Shown here: piece by piece, positions 37,843-51,379 of the stretch
Position numbering within the stretch: position 1 is the first letter of the stretch
How the letters are laid out: every line of letters begins with the position of its first letter
NCBI RefSeq assembly: GCF_006345805.1
Contig: NC_043001.1
Coordinates: 6,696,001-6,760,000, forward strand
Direction of reading: 5' to 3'
Origin: Octopus sinensis
Lineage: Eukaryota
DNA length: 64,000 bases
Program-made: the position numbers and the translations under genes
The notes under the pieces: generated by a model
The model's database searches: none
What the model saw: the letters and a program-made list of their open reading frames with translations, nothing else
Told to the model about the DNA's origin: nothing

Positions 37843-38401
37843 TATGCATATATGGTTAGACGACGTCACCACCAGTAAAAATGAAACACGAAAACAAACG
37901 TGTTCAATACGCAATAATCGAAAATGGAAAAGAGGACAAGAAACATAAAGAACAACCCTTCATCAGTTGCCGGCTGTCCTTTACATTTCGAGCATTCAAC
38001 GGCAATATGATCCCATAATTACAAACATAAAAGTTGGTATTCTATGGGGGGGGGGGGGTCAATGCTGGGAACAAATACAGGACAATGGAGACATCGAAGG
38101 AAATTGAATGAGAAAAACAGGGACGGGGTAAAGTGGGTAAAGTGGCGAACGCTGGAGATATATATTTTCTTTGACAAGAAGAAAGAAAGAACTGAAATAT
38201 AGGATACGTCTAACCCTTAGCACAGCCGTAGAAGAAGATCATGTGAAGCAAAGAAATATGAACGATGTTCACGTGTGAGCAACGAGAGGGAGTAAAGGAG
38301 AAAGACGGTGAAAGACAGGCAACTAGAAAACGGTTAAGGGAGAAAAGGCAAATAATATATAAATGGTATATATATATTATATTATATATCTTATGGGTGT
38401 C

Positions 38402-38439
<38 letters not shown>

Positions 38440-38506
38440 GATATTATATATATATATATAATATATACATATATATAATATAGACATATATATATAAATG
38501 TATATG

Positions 38507-38576
<70 letters not shown>

Positions 38577-38750
38577 ATGATATGTATATAGGTATATAGG
38601 TATATACATATATATATATATGTGTGTGTGTCACATTCATGCAGGAAATACCCGTGGGCATATGTCGCAGTGATTAAGAGATCGGGCTACTAACCCGAAG
38701 ATTCCAAGACCGATTCCAAGCAGTGATCTGAACAATAATAATAATAATAA

Positions 38751-39207
38751 GATGGGCTACAGCAAATATTCTGCTCAATACCACAGATTTGCTTGTCAGT
38801 TGTTTGACCTTAACCAGTTGAGCATGTCCCTTAGTGGCTGAGGATATGTGCATCTCTGATCACGAGCAGAAGTAGTGGGGGAGCATCATAGCCATGTGTT
38901 GAGAGGATTCTTGGGGTTTGAATAATTCACTCTGGAAACATGGGTGTTTCGTTCAACGTCCTTAAACACCCTTATTCAGGGACCTTTCGAGCGGGATGGG
39001 TTACTCGATCTGAAGAAAAATTCTAACTGGGCTCCACCTGCAAGGTCATGTGCTGTTTATCTTGATATGAGATCACCATGTCGTGCACATATGGTTGTGA
39101 TACATGTGCCTGGTGTACCCTTATCAGACGGGTAGTCATGATGGGTATACTGGGCTTCGTATATTTTACCCAGTGTCACTTTGATGGCATGCTCTGCTCG
39201 CTCACTC
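38751..39207 (+). mobile_element. Family E non-coding retro-insert ending in (AAT)n, copy 1
   Basis: GATGGGCTACAGC...GCTCACTC-(AAT)n, homologous to 39492-39977 with scattered substitutions. Confidence 0.8.
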
Positions 39208-39247
<40 letters not shown>

Positions 39248-39356
39248 TAATAATAATAATAATAATAAATGATAATAATAATAATACAATAATAATAATC
39301 ATAATAATATAATAATAATACAATAATATAATAATAATAATAATATAATAATAATA

Positions 39357-39407
<51 letters not shown>

Positions 39408-39491
39408 GGAGTCGGGAAGACACTCGGCAAGAAATGGATGCAAATTTGAAAGAAGAAAAAAGAGTAATAATAATAATAATAATAATAATAA

Positions 39492-39977
39492 CGTTGTTTT
39501 GTCTTGGTATAAAAGATGGGCTACAGCTAATATTCTGCTCAATACCACAGATTTGCTTGTCAGTTGTTTGACTTTAACCAGTTGAGCATGTCCCTTAGTG
39601 TCTGATGATATGTGCATCTCTGATCACGAGCAGAAGTTGTGGGGGAGCATCATAGCATGTGTTGCGAGAGGGATTCCTTTGGGGTTTGAATAATTCACCT
39701 CTGGAAACATGGGTGATTCGTTCAACATACTTAAACAACCCTTATTCAGGGACCTTTTGAGCGGGATGGGCTACTCAACATGAAGACAATTCTAACTGGG
39801 CCCCACCTGCAAGGTCATGTGCTGTTTATCTTGATATGAGATCACCATGTGGCGCGCATATGGTTGTGATGCATGTGCCTGGTGTACCCTTATCAGACGG
39901 GTAGTCATGATGGGTATATTGGGCTTCGTATATTTTACCCCAGTGTCACTTTGATGGCGTGCACTGCTCTCTCACTC
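39492..39977 (+). mobile_element. Family E, copy 2 (23 bp longer at the 5' end)
   Basis: Same sequence and orientation as copy 1 with a different 5' truncation point and an (AAT)n tail. Confidence 0.8.
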
Positions 39978-39978
39978 A

Positions 39979-40082
<104 letters not shown>

Positions 40083-40192
40083 AAGAAGAAGAAGACAACA
40101 ACAACAACAACAACAACAACAAAAACAACAACAAGAACAACAACATCGAAAAATAGCTTTGGAATGAGAATCCAGGTTCAAAATTTCCCCAA

Positions 40193-40238
40193 GATACCCG
40201 AAGAAGCCTGGAAGGTATATCCGCCGAAACGTTGTATT
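40193..40238 (+). ncRNA. Degenerate hammerhead motif in the family D tail
   Basis: GAUAC-CCGAAGA-A..GAAA-CGU-U-GUAUU. U4 is changed to C, the AACGUU palindrome is intact, and stem I is GAUAC/GUAUU. Confidence 0.55.
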
Positions 40239-40612
40239 AACAACTAACAGGTTGGGGACAAATATCCGTCGAATGTATATAATGTAAATATTGTAAATAA
40301 TGTACGTAATTCCTCCTCTCTTAAATATAGAAGAGAACACTGTAGTTCTTTACGGCTTGGAATATCTGATAAGCAAGAAAGGAATCTGAAGCCATAACAA
40401 TGTGTTTCTCAAATCTCCTGACATTTTCACTCTGTGTTCCTTTAAAATAGCTGGGGATTTTTACAGCTTTACTTAACAGATTGGGGGAAAAAAAGATATC
40501 ATAAACCTTGAATGGTGCTATGATATTTCATTTGAATTACCAGTTTTTCACGTAAGGAAGCGCATGCTGATTGATGCATTAGCTATTGCATATGTCTCCA
40601 TGTGTGTGTATG

Positions 40613-40660
<48 letters not shown>

Positions 40661-40794
40661 ATATTTCTTGTACAACACCTTCAGTACCGTGAGATTTCCA
40701 AATCATAGGGGGACGTCAGTGTTTGACAACCTCAGTTTTGCAAATATATCCTGATATATATACATATACATATATATTATATATATATATATAT

Positions 40795-40845
<51 letters not shown>

Positions 40846-41315
40846 GTATATATGCATGTATATATATGTATGTATATATATATATTATATATATATATAT
40901 ATGTATGTATATATATGTGTATGTATGTATATATATATTATGTATGTATATATATATGTTATATATATATATATATATATAATATATATATATATATAAT
41001 ATATGTATGCATATATATATATTATATGTATGTATATATATTATATATATATATACTTACATGCCTGCATTTATACTTATATACATATGCATATGTGCGC
41101 ACAACATGTCACAAAACACAAACAACAAAAATACAATGTACGAGTACATGGAATAAGAATAATTTTACCATTAGTTTCTTTCGTTGCTGGCAAAAAAAGT
41201 CCTATATGTCATCCTTACTCGTATTTTTTTCTTGTTTCTATTTTGACGTCCTGGTCCCAAATATGCGTATGTATATACGTATACATAAAGGTATGTACGT
41301 ATGCGTATGTGTATA

Positions 41316-41351
<36 letters not shown>

Positions 41352-41384
41352 ATTGATATCATAGTATATATATACATATATGTA

Positions 41385-41736
41385 CGTATTTTTCTTTTTC
41401 AGTCATTTGTCTGTGGCCATGCTTGAGCACCGCCTATTATTTGTAAGCCTAGTACTTATTCTATCGGTTTCATTTGCTGAACCGCTAAGTTACGTGGACG
41501 TAAACACACAAACATCGGTTGTCAAGCGATGTAGGGAGACAAACAAAGTCACACAAACGTATATATATATATGTATTATATATATATATACTTATATAAG
41601 ACGGTCTACTTTCAATTTCCGTCTACCAAATCCACTCACAAGGCTTTTGTCGGTCCAAGGCTATTGCAGTGGGACAGAATCTGGAACCATGTAGTTATTA
41701 AGCAAGCTACTTACCAGACAGCTACTCCTGAGCCTA
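41385..41736 (-). mobile_element. Family C SINE, near full length with deletions
   Basis: Head and tail motifs of family C. Confidence 0.85.
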
Positions 41737-41879
41737 TAAATATATACATACACACATACAGTGGCTGCCCCCTCGTTATTGAATATGGCCATTGCACGAA
41801 GCTTAATCAATGTTGTTATCGTGCAATGGCTGTGCAAGAAGATTTTTTTTAAATTGAGGAAAGGCTGGGCACTGAGTCA

Positions 41880-42305
41880 ATCCCACTCACTAAGCAACAT
41901 CAGCCATAATCCGAAAAGAAGAATAAGTCAACATCATCGGTAACCACTGAGCCGCAGGTTTTATGTCGGAGTTATCCCAGTTACCTGAGTTACTTCTCCT
42001 AGAAGGATCCCTAACAAAGGCTAGGAGTCCTCACTCCCAATGGTTTAACCGCGCGATCGGGTATTCAGTCCGATTATTTCTATGTCCCCGCGCATGATAC
42101 AGCCTTAAGAGATTTATTGGATGGCCGTTGACTCTCAAGAGTTCCTCCGCCCTTTGACGGGTTTCGTTTTTCATCCCGCAGGGTGTCCAATAAGCACCCT
42201 CCTCACCAAGCAGGCTTGGTGGGGTTGCCGGTTTAGTCGCCGACGACCCGACCATGCAACAGGTTGTACTGGGTTACATGTTACCAGTAGCACTCGAAAG
42301 TGACC
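41880..42305 (-). mobile_element. GC-richer structured segment, probable RTE-type 5' UTR or derived element
   Basis: Multiple hairpins (CACCAAGC/GCTTGGTG, GGGTG/CACCC). The motifs CCCGTCAAAGGGCGGAGGAAC and CCTTCTAGGAGAAG resemble my recollection of RTE 5' regions. Confidence 0.45.
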
Positions 42306-43264
42306 TGACATAATATATACACATATACACACATACACACGTGCTCCCACACTGACATACATATATATACAAGCATATATATGTGTGTCTGTGTGTTTGT
42401 GTGTGCATGTGTATATCTTCACGTACGTTCTAAAATGCGTGATTACAACTGCAAGAGATTCACCTTGATTATAATGGTTATAACGTATGTTGGTTTATCA
42501 TTGAGTAGCGCGAAATATAGATAAAATATTTTCGTAAATGGCTGTATTTTGGTACGTTTTATTGGAACAAATGAAAATGCCAGGATTTTACTTTTATTTA
42601 TTTATTGACATATATAAATTACACATGGCAATTATCATTTAAGTTTCTGGAACTTAACAGTTCGGTCTAATGTATCGATAGATTAAGTACCGGCGAATAT
42701 TATTAATATTGCACTTTGGGCTAAATCGTTCGAGCCGGCGACCCAGCATGGCCCCAGTTCAATGACTGCACCTCGTGAAAGATAGAAGGTATGGAATTTG
42801 ATCCGTGATTAACCGAAGTATGGTGTGCCTTGACGGGGAAGCGACTAGTATTTCAGCAGTCTATTTGCAGTACGTACGAAAATAAAATTATTTCATTCAC
42901 ATACAAGTATGTTTTTTCTGTGTGTGCGTGTGTGATTGCATGTACATATATATATATACACAACCACACACACACATATATATATATATTATATATTATA
43001 TATATATATATAATAAACAATATACAATTAAAAACACATAAGAGGGAACACTAATTGGACATCTAACACGCTAGAAGGAGTAGTCAAAATCCAAACCACT
43101 AGTAGGAGTAATTAAGAATATTAATATGTGTTTAAATGTACTGTTTTATATGAATAATATACAGTCTATTGACTAGTTTCTTCGTGCTAGGCCAGTGGAA
43201 GTAAACATTTCTAAAAGTTTATCTACCCTGATATTTATTAATAATATAGATATGTAATATATAT

Positions 43265-43296
<32 letters not shown>

Positions 43297-43318
43297 TATA
43301 TATATATATATATAATAT

Positions 43319-43362
<44 letters not shown>

Positions 43363-43723
43363 CTATATAGATTTGTGAGAGGTAATGGTGTCAGGAGGAC
43401 CCAAAGGTGTCAGGTAATGCTGAGTAAGTACTATGTATAGACCATAGTTTAGCTCCAGGTTCGGTGATTATGCGAACAAGGAGTCCAACGTAGGTCACAT
43501 ATCAGGGTGTGTATACCTAAATTTTTTTTTTCAGAATGAGATAAAAAAAAACTAAGGCTGTGAAGATTTTAGAACATTTGTAAATAGAAGGTTTTACAGC
43601 TGTTTCCAGGATATTTATTATATCCATTCATCGGTCACGGGGTGAGAACATGTTTAAGTAATAGTTATTTTAGATAAAATACGAAACAGTGAGTGAAGTG
43701 GATAGTGCTAGCAACATGTTTAT

Positions 43724-43900
43724 AGGTCAGCCTGGACGAGAGTCTATTGTTTCTTTTCTTTGACTGTTGAATTGCACTATAAATCTATTAACAGTAGCAA
43801 GAGGAATTTGAAGATTTTCGGCAATTTTTCGCTGGCTAAGACCAGCCTCAGATTGCCCAACTATACGACCTCTTTGAAAATCTGACAGTTCTGCTGAACG
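43724..43900 (-). mobile_element. Tc1-like transposase N-terminal HTH relic
   Basis: Reads [58 protein letters not shown]. Confidence 0.85.
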
Positions 43901-44534
43901 TTATGAAGGAAATATATGAACAATTCTATCGGTTTCATATTAGAAGGTTGATATCATTGCTTGGACAGAATTACGTTGTATCTTGCTGTTACGGTTGCTG
44001 TTGTTGGTGGTCATTTTATATAACATACTACGCTGCGTTTCTATTCTGGTGTGAATTTTGGTACAAACTTACGTCACAAACCAGAAATGATGATTATTAC
44101 TTTGATATTTTCCTCACAAATATTTTTCCTTGATGTTCAGGCTTTTTTTTCTTTTTCATTAATTAAAATGTACCCTACTGTTTTCATGAATGTATTATTC
44201 CCTAATTCTCTCTATGTTTCTCTACAACTGTTTCTCGTACACACACACACACACACTCACTTACATACACAAATTCTTATATATATATATATATATATAT
44301 GCACGTGTGTATATGTCTATATATTTATTCTACTTATCTTTCGGCTCTGATGAAATTTTATTTCTTATATTAGATTTTATTTTTCATACATTATTATTAG
44401 GTTTTTATAGTTGGAGTTCATAAATACATAACACACGATTCTAGAACCTTCTCAGTGTCATTCGTGTTTTGTGAATGCTTCTGAAAGAAAAGAAAATTCA
44501 AAGGGTACTTACGCTTTTGTTGCATTCTAAATGT

Positions 44535-44870
44535 AGTAGCATTCAAAGCAAAACTGGCAAGATATGACAGAAGAACAAAACAATTCTAGCAAAACAGATT
44601 GTTTGAAGTGAATAAGAAGTAACTGTTTCAGGAACAAAATGGGCAACTACATATGGCAATAATACCAGATGTTAAGGAAAGCAGGGCATTCTGGGGAGGG
44701 ATCTAGGGCCAACCTGCAGAGGATGATGATGAAGCGGAATAGCGGCTGGAAATCCAAGCTATATTATGAGCCAAAAGCAGAAAAAATCCAATTATAGTAG
44801 GCGCATTAGGTATGATAAAAAGAAAAAAAGTCATTCAGACAAATACATAACAAAATCTCGAGGATTATTT
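44535..44870 (+). mobile_element. R4/Dong-clade LINE relic (N-terminal piece fused to C-terminal tip)
   Basis: Reads KAKLARYDRRTKQF*QNRLFE..IPDVKESRAFWGGI*GQP, then PIIVGALGMIK. Confidence 0.7.
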
Positions 44871-46005
44871 TCGGATTTTTAAAAATAATGCAATAAAATT
44901 GACCGTAATAGGTTTAGGATTTTACTGTAAGTTCCCCCGCATATCTTCCTATTCACTGCAATAAGATGATTTTGCTTAGCAAATTATGTGTGAATAGTAG
45001 AGCTTTCTGCTATGGAATTTGATTTAAGGTTTATTTGAAAGTATACAATCAATACATTGTACAGGGTATGAATTATAAATGCGTGTAAAGATATCAGTTA
45101 TATATCATGTGTTTTATTGTATGTGTTTTTATTGTAACATATTACATTATTATGGCTCTAGTAGACACTCAACGAATGGAATAGAAACAGCGGTGAAATA
45201 TTGCTACGAAATGAGATCGAATCATCCATCAAACAGGAATCTAATAGCAATCGGAAAAATTCTTCGATTCAAGACGTTCTTGTAGAATGCTTTCGGTGTA
45301 CTATTTTTTTCTTTCTTTGTGCAGAAACTCTTATTCAAAAATGGTTTATGTCTTCGTGGATATTTATATTGTGTAGCGTCAGTGAAACTTTAACGAATCT
45401 TTCGCTATGGAATACAAATAAATTTTAAAGACCCTGGATAAGTAGCATGATTCAATTTCAGAAAATTCTATGCACACGGTAGCATAGAGAAGGAAATGTA
45501 TGTGCGTTGCGATATCAAAATATGTGGTTTATAGAAACAAACTAAATTGAATTATGACAAATATTATTATTGATATATCAACGGTAATCTATTTATATAA
45601 GTATTCAATGAAGATTTATGAAAATGTTTTTTCTAAACCAAAAAAATACACAGTGAAATAAAATGAAGCCAGTCTTAAAGTAAATATATATGATTATTTA
45701 TTAAAACGTTTTCATTCGCACAAAAATTCTAAACAATAAAATCAACTTAAACAATTTATTATGTGTGTGTGAATGTGCGCGCATGTGTATCCGTGTATGC
45801 ATGGGTGTATTTGTGTGTATGTGTCTGTGTGAGTGTGTGTGTGTGTGTATTTGCGTGTGTCTGTGTGAAATTATATTTATTTCATTGGTGAAAAGCAAAG
45901 AAAATATTTCAAAATTTTTGTGGAATTTAACCAATACATATTATGTTCGCGAAGATATATATAACGAAAATATATATGACATTTTAACTTGATAATTTAT
46001 AGTGT

Positions 46006-46105
46006 NNNNNNNNNNNNNNNNNNNNNNNNNNNNNNNNNNNNNNNNNNNNNNNNNNNNNNNNNNNNNNNNNNNNNNNNNNNNNNNNNNNNNNNNNNNNNNN
46101 NNNNN
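46006..46105. other. Assembly gap (100 N)
   Basis: Exactly 100 N, which usually marks an unsized scaffold join. Confidence 0.99.
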
Positions 46106-46524
46106 CCAATAAAGATAGTATTTTGACAGCTCAGATGTTCCACGGAAATGTGTATATTAGTAATGTCATTGATGAATTCGCTCAGGAAATGAAGAATATT
46201 TCACACATCAAACACTCATGTCATTCTCTAGAACATATTCCAGTTTAGATTCCAATCAAAATCAGCTGCATTCATTTATAATTAAAGATAATTTAGCCAT
46301 AAGGAAAGAATGATGAGAGATCCGTAATGCTCCATTAATAAAACAGTGAGCTTATTTACGTGTGATGACAGGACGAGTATGCCTCAGGCAGGATAAGGAG
46401 TCATGTCATATTCATATATCCATAATTTGTAGCTACTTATAGTTTCTTGCCAATTAAACATGTGGACAGGTAGACTTATATCAAATCGCATGGATCGGCA
46501 CATAACTGTATAAGAAAAAAGTAT

Positions 46525-46727
46525 ACTCTTTTACGCTTTTACTAGTTTCAGTCAATTGACAGTGACCATCTTAGAGCTCTGACTTTAGTAGAGCAAATCG
46601 ATGCCAGGACTTATTCTTTGCAAGTCTAGTACTTATTCTATCGCTCTCTTTTGTCGAACCGCTAGATTACGGGGACGTAAACAAACAAGCATCGGTTGTC
46701 AAGAGATGTTGAGGAGACAAACAGACA

Positions 46728-46801
<74 letters not shown>

Positions 46802-46950
46802 CATATATACGACGGGCTTCTTTCAGTTGCCGTCTACCAAATCCATTCACAAGGTTTTGAACGGTGTGAGGCTATATTATAAGACACTTGCTCGAGTTGC
46901 CGCGCAGTGGGACGGAACCCAAGACCATGTGATTCGTAAGCAAGCTACTT
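46525..46950 (-). mobile_element. Family C SINE, slightly 5'-truncated
   Basis: Family C body and tail with an internal (AC)n(AT)n. Confidence 0.87.
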
Positions 46951-47194
46951 TATTTCACAAACTTTTGCCGTGAAAGCATTACAACGAAGGGACGAACAAA
47001 GACAGAGAAACATAAAAACGTGTAGTAGCTGCTATAACGTTTAAAAACTTATGATACTAATTAAATATTACAAATTACAAATTATTAATTACCAATTACT
47101 TGATAACATGTTACTCATTGCGAAGGAAGGGCATCCGACCACCAAAGTAGAACCCTTGCTTTTTCTTTCGATTGTTTACTTTTTAACTCCACTT

Positions 47195-47672
47195 ACCTGG
47201 TTCCATTCGCTTCCAGCTTCCTTACCACCTGCTTCCATCTTTTCATGAATCTCTCTCGTGACAGGTACCTCTTCCCCAGCTTGATCTTACTACTGAGGTG
47301 GTAACAAAAAAAGTTAACCAACGCCTGGCCGGATACAAAGGAACCAATCATTATACCTCTCACACGCATCTTCCATACTGTTTCTTTCAGTATGACTACT
47401 ACACAGAAAAAGCAAGCCTTCCTTTCCCTGTTAAGGGACCTAGGCGCCACAGTCCCGATGATAGACTCAGCTGATAGCTGTACTCTTCCCATTGATGACA
47501 ACAGTAGTTCTGCGAAAACTATCAGTCCTGTGAATTCTGGACATTCCAGAAATGCGTGCAAGACGGTTTCCTTGTCCGGCCACACCTCGGATATATCGGG
47601 TAGACGGCATTTCCGTGCCTTGACAGTACATCACGAACCGGTAACGCCGTACAGAAGCACTCCTAAACCAGT
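47195..47672 (-). mobile_element. Tx1/L1-clade ORF2 C-terminal (zinc-knuckle) relic
   Basis: Reads LPVRDVLSRHGNAVYPIYPRCG, then after a frameshift KETVLHAFLECP..LKETVWKMR..ERFMKRW. It abuts (AAT)n. Confidence 0.8.
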
Positions 47673-47676
47673 ATAC

Positions 47677-47714
<38 letters not shown>

Positions 47715-48423
47715 TAATAATAATAATAACAACAACAACAACAATAATAATAATTAATACGGCTAGACGTTTTTTGAAACCCAAAAAGGAAATAATTCAC
47801 CGTCCCTAAAAAATGACGAAGGGCCAGGGAACCAAAAGCAATTGCTAAGAAATAATCTAAGGTAAAAAGGGAGTGCAAAGATCTATAAATGGAGAGAAAC
47901 GATAATATATAATATTTAAATTTTTTTAAAATACAATTGGGCTTAGTAAAAATAAATTACTTGCCACATATGAACTTAGTAGAAATAGCAGCCAAAAAAA
48001 TTTTTCTTAGATTTCTACTACGTAAAGAAAATTCTCTCAGATAATGTTTACTCCAGACAGCTCACGAAGGTTTGGGGGTAAATACAGAAACAATCCACAA
48101 GTACATAGATCGTTTGAGTACGTCAACGTTTAAGATTAGCCAAATAAAATCAGCATTTCTTTCGTCAGCTCAAAATTTCTTAATTTGGATCCAAATCCAA
48201 GTAATTTATTTTACTAAGCCCTAATTATATACTGTAATATTTTGAATTGCCTTAAATGGTCCTTTTAATAATGAACACTTGGTGAATAATTAATTAATTA
48301 ATTTTACCCTCAATTGTGAATATAATATAAATATATATATATATTATATATAATAATATGTGTAGGTCCCGGGTTGAGTCGGGGTTAACAAGTAATTAAA
48401 CAGGTACCAATACATAGCAGAGT

Positions 48424-48502
48424 AAATTAATTTATTTTTATAGAAGGAGCTCTACAGGACTATAGTCCTGTTAGAAGCTCCTTCTATAAAATAAAATAAT
48501 TT
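48424..48502. repeat. Near-perfect palindrome centred on GGAC-TATA-GTCC
   Basis: TTTTATAGAAGGAGCTCTACAGGACTA pairs with TAGTCCTGTTAGAAGCTCCTTCTATAAAA with two 1-bp indels. Confidence 0.85.
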
Positions 48503-48619
48503 ATATATATATATAACATATATATATATATATTATGTATAGATATATATGTGTATATATATATTATATAGATATATTATATTATATATATATTATATAT
48601 ATAATTATATATATATTAC

Positions 48620-48687
<68 letters not shown>

Positions 48688-48758
48688 GATATATAATATA
48701 TATATATATATATAATATATATATGTATATTATATATATGTATATATATATATATGGA

Positions 48759-48799
<41 letters not shown>

Positions 48800-49204
48800 C
48801 TATATATATATATATATATTTATGTATTATAGTATATGTAATGTATATACACATGTGTATGTGTGTGTATATATATATGTTCATGAAAATACGTATATAT
48901 CCATAGTTCTCGCCACCTATATGAACTTTTCACTCCCACTTTACCTTAGATATAAAGAAAGTTTATGGATGCACAACCACCTTACATTATTCATATAATC
49001 TACACGACAAATGACATTAAGAAGAACATAAATATCAACCTCATTAATAAAGATTAATGAAAACAAGATTAATAGAAATCGCGTTGTTATAGAATCAGTA
49101 ATTAAGGTAAATTAACACAAATCTAATACGTAGTATACATACATACACGCAAACACACACATAAATAAGTATATAAAATGCATGTTATACTTATATATGT
49201 ACTG

Positions 49205-49274
<70 letters not shown>

Positions 49275-49630
49275 GATTTTGCTACCAATTATTCGTATCG
49301 AACATTGATGAAGTTGAGTAATCATATTAACGTAATGGCTTGCAAACGTTAAAATGATTTTCTGAATCACTAACAGACAGGAATCACCATTACGCCACAT
49401 AAGAATCCTTTCATCTCATAAAATGATCAATAATAACTAAACAAATACGACAGAAACACGGTACCCGTGTCGCTTATATGAAAAAGAAAAAAACATTATT
49501 ATTTTCTCATCGAGATATGAGATATGATACAGAAACCCGAATCCTGGATCGAGACAACTAGTAATAATTCCTCGGGCAATTCAATTACAATAAAATGAAT
49601 TTAAGAATTTCATTTATTGCAGTTGACATA

Positions 49631-49864
49631 TATCATGTTGGTGCATAATTATTGCGGTTTATATTAAAAAAAAATGTTTTCAACAAAAACATATTTAAAT
49701 TATTATTCCGGCGCATATTCACCATCTACTTCAATTACTGCTTTCCATTTGCTTCGCAGCCCGTCGGAATAATCATGTAAATATGCTTTTGTTAAATGTT
49801 GTTATTGTTTTTAATGAATAAATTTTGTTGTAAAAAGCCGCAATAATTATGCAACAACCTAATA
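49631..49864 (-). mobile_element. mariner-derived MITE with Hsmar1-like TIRs
   Basis: TIRs TATCATGTTGGTGCATAATTATTGCGGTTT and AAAGCCGCAATAATTATGCAACAACCTAATA. The interior encodes the transposase tip KWKAVIEVDGEYAPE*. Confidence 0.85.
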
Positions 49865-50134
49865 TTATGCTGTTTTAATACCAAAATACAGAGCTATAAG
49901 GAGTAAGTCATTATTTTGAAATTTACCAAAAGTGAAATGCATTTTCACAAAAACAAATGTAATTCCTTAGCAATAGCTTCATGAGAAATCCATAAATACT
50001 GTTGTTTAGTATAAACTACCTCTACCCAATTTTCACATAATTTCTAAAGTTTTGCATGTTGAATAACCATTGAGCCAACGGCTAAAAATCTATGTCCAAT
50101 AAAAATTCAAATTTTCAATGACTTTTCCCTTTTG

Positions 50135-50345
50135 CTCGTGTCAGTGAAGTGGCTGCGGCCATGTTGGAGCGCACGAACCTTGAAGAACTTTTAGTCAAGT
50201 GAATCATCCCCAGAGCTAATCCGGTTTTAGAGTTGTTACTTATACTGCTGGGTCCTTTTATCGACCCTGTAATCTACGGGGCCGTAAAAGCATCAGCAGC
50301 GATTGTCAAGCGGGTGTGGTAGACAAATGCTGGTACAAAATATAC
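50135..50345 (-). mobile_element. Family C SINE 3' half, diverged
   Basis: GCTGCGGCCATGTTGGAGC...ACGGGCCGTAAAAGCATCAGCAGCGATTGTCAAG. Confidence 0.6.
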
Positions 50346-51379
50346 AAAAACAGACAAACGCTCACACACATACATAAAGGTAATCACCACGTCAAAGTGG
50401 CAGTTCCCTGTTACTGCTAGTTTAACTCCAGGCAGATCTTCCACCAGCTCGTTATCGGTGCAACGTTGCATTTTGTATATGCAATCCATATTGCTAGCAG
50501 GGGGAGAGAACCCCTACCATTCTGTAGGAGACAAGAGGATGGCGAGACTGATTCAGTTTGAAGCTACTTGGCTTATTCTTAGTCGCGAGTACTGGCCCTC
50601 TAGAGCGATAGCCAGAGTCCGCTCCAGCCAGAAATATGTTGTAAACAAAGCAACCATCGGTCACTGATTTGCAGCAAGAAAAAATATCTCGTTGGAAAAT
50701 CTCAGGAAGAGATCAGAATAGTAATTACACTAACAAGTAAAGTCAGTAATCACATCAGAGTGGCTGTTCCATGTTTCTACTAGCCTATTCCCAAGTAGAT
50801 CTTCTGCCAGCTGGTTATCAGTGCAGCGGTGCACCTTGTATATATAATATATATATATATTGCTGACAGAGGAAGAAAACCACCTTCCATGAATTATTAC
50901 AGGAAAAATATAGTTGTGATACATCGATAAAGCCTATGCTAATGCGTGAAGCAATTTTACTGACGCATCCGTACACACGCATACATATGTACACACACCT
51001 ACCCTTCCACACCTCACATACCTAATCTTCCATTTTTCTTTGAATTTCGTATTTCTCAGGGCTGGCATAACACTACCACTTCCATGAAAAGCTATTATTT
51101 TACAGGTGCATTTGTCTGAGGAAGGTGGGCGTGTTTCATTGTGACAGGTTGTTCATTTGCTATCAGTCTTCTTCACTTCAAAGGAATAATAAAACAATTC
51201 TCGAGCGCCATGCTGCTATTGCTTTCCAGATTCTACCGATAATATTGTTTTTCTTCCCAGATTTTTTAGCCATTAGTTACTGGTACGACAAATGTGGCTC
51301 GTACATCCAGGTCGAATTTTACCGATGGAATGACAGTAATTCTCTAATATTAATAATTGTAAACTGGCCTCTGCAGAGT

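Noticed and set aside
39057-39617. Longest ORF (186 aa, minus strand)
   Set aside because: It is the antisense of family E plus (TTA)n, giving poly-L/I/Y.
50380-50842. Diverged ~100-bp direct repeat (about 50380-50480 and 50747-50842)
   Set aside because: It is real but old, with only two copies and no termini or coding signal, so it cannot be interpreted.
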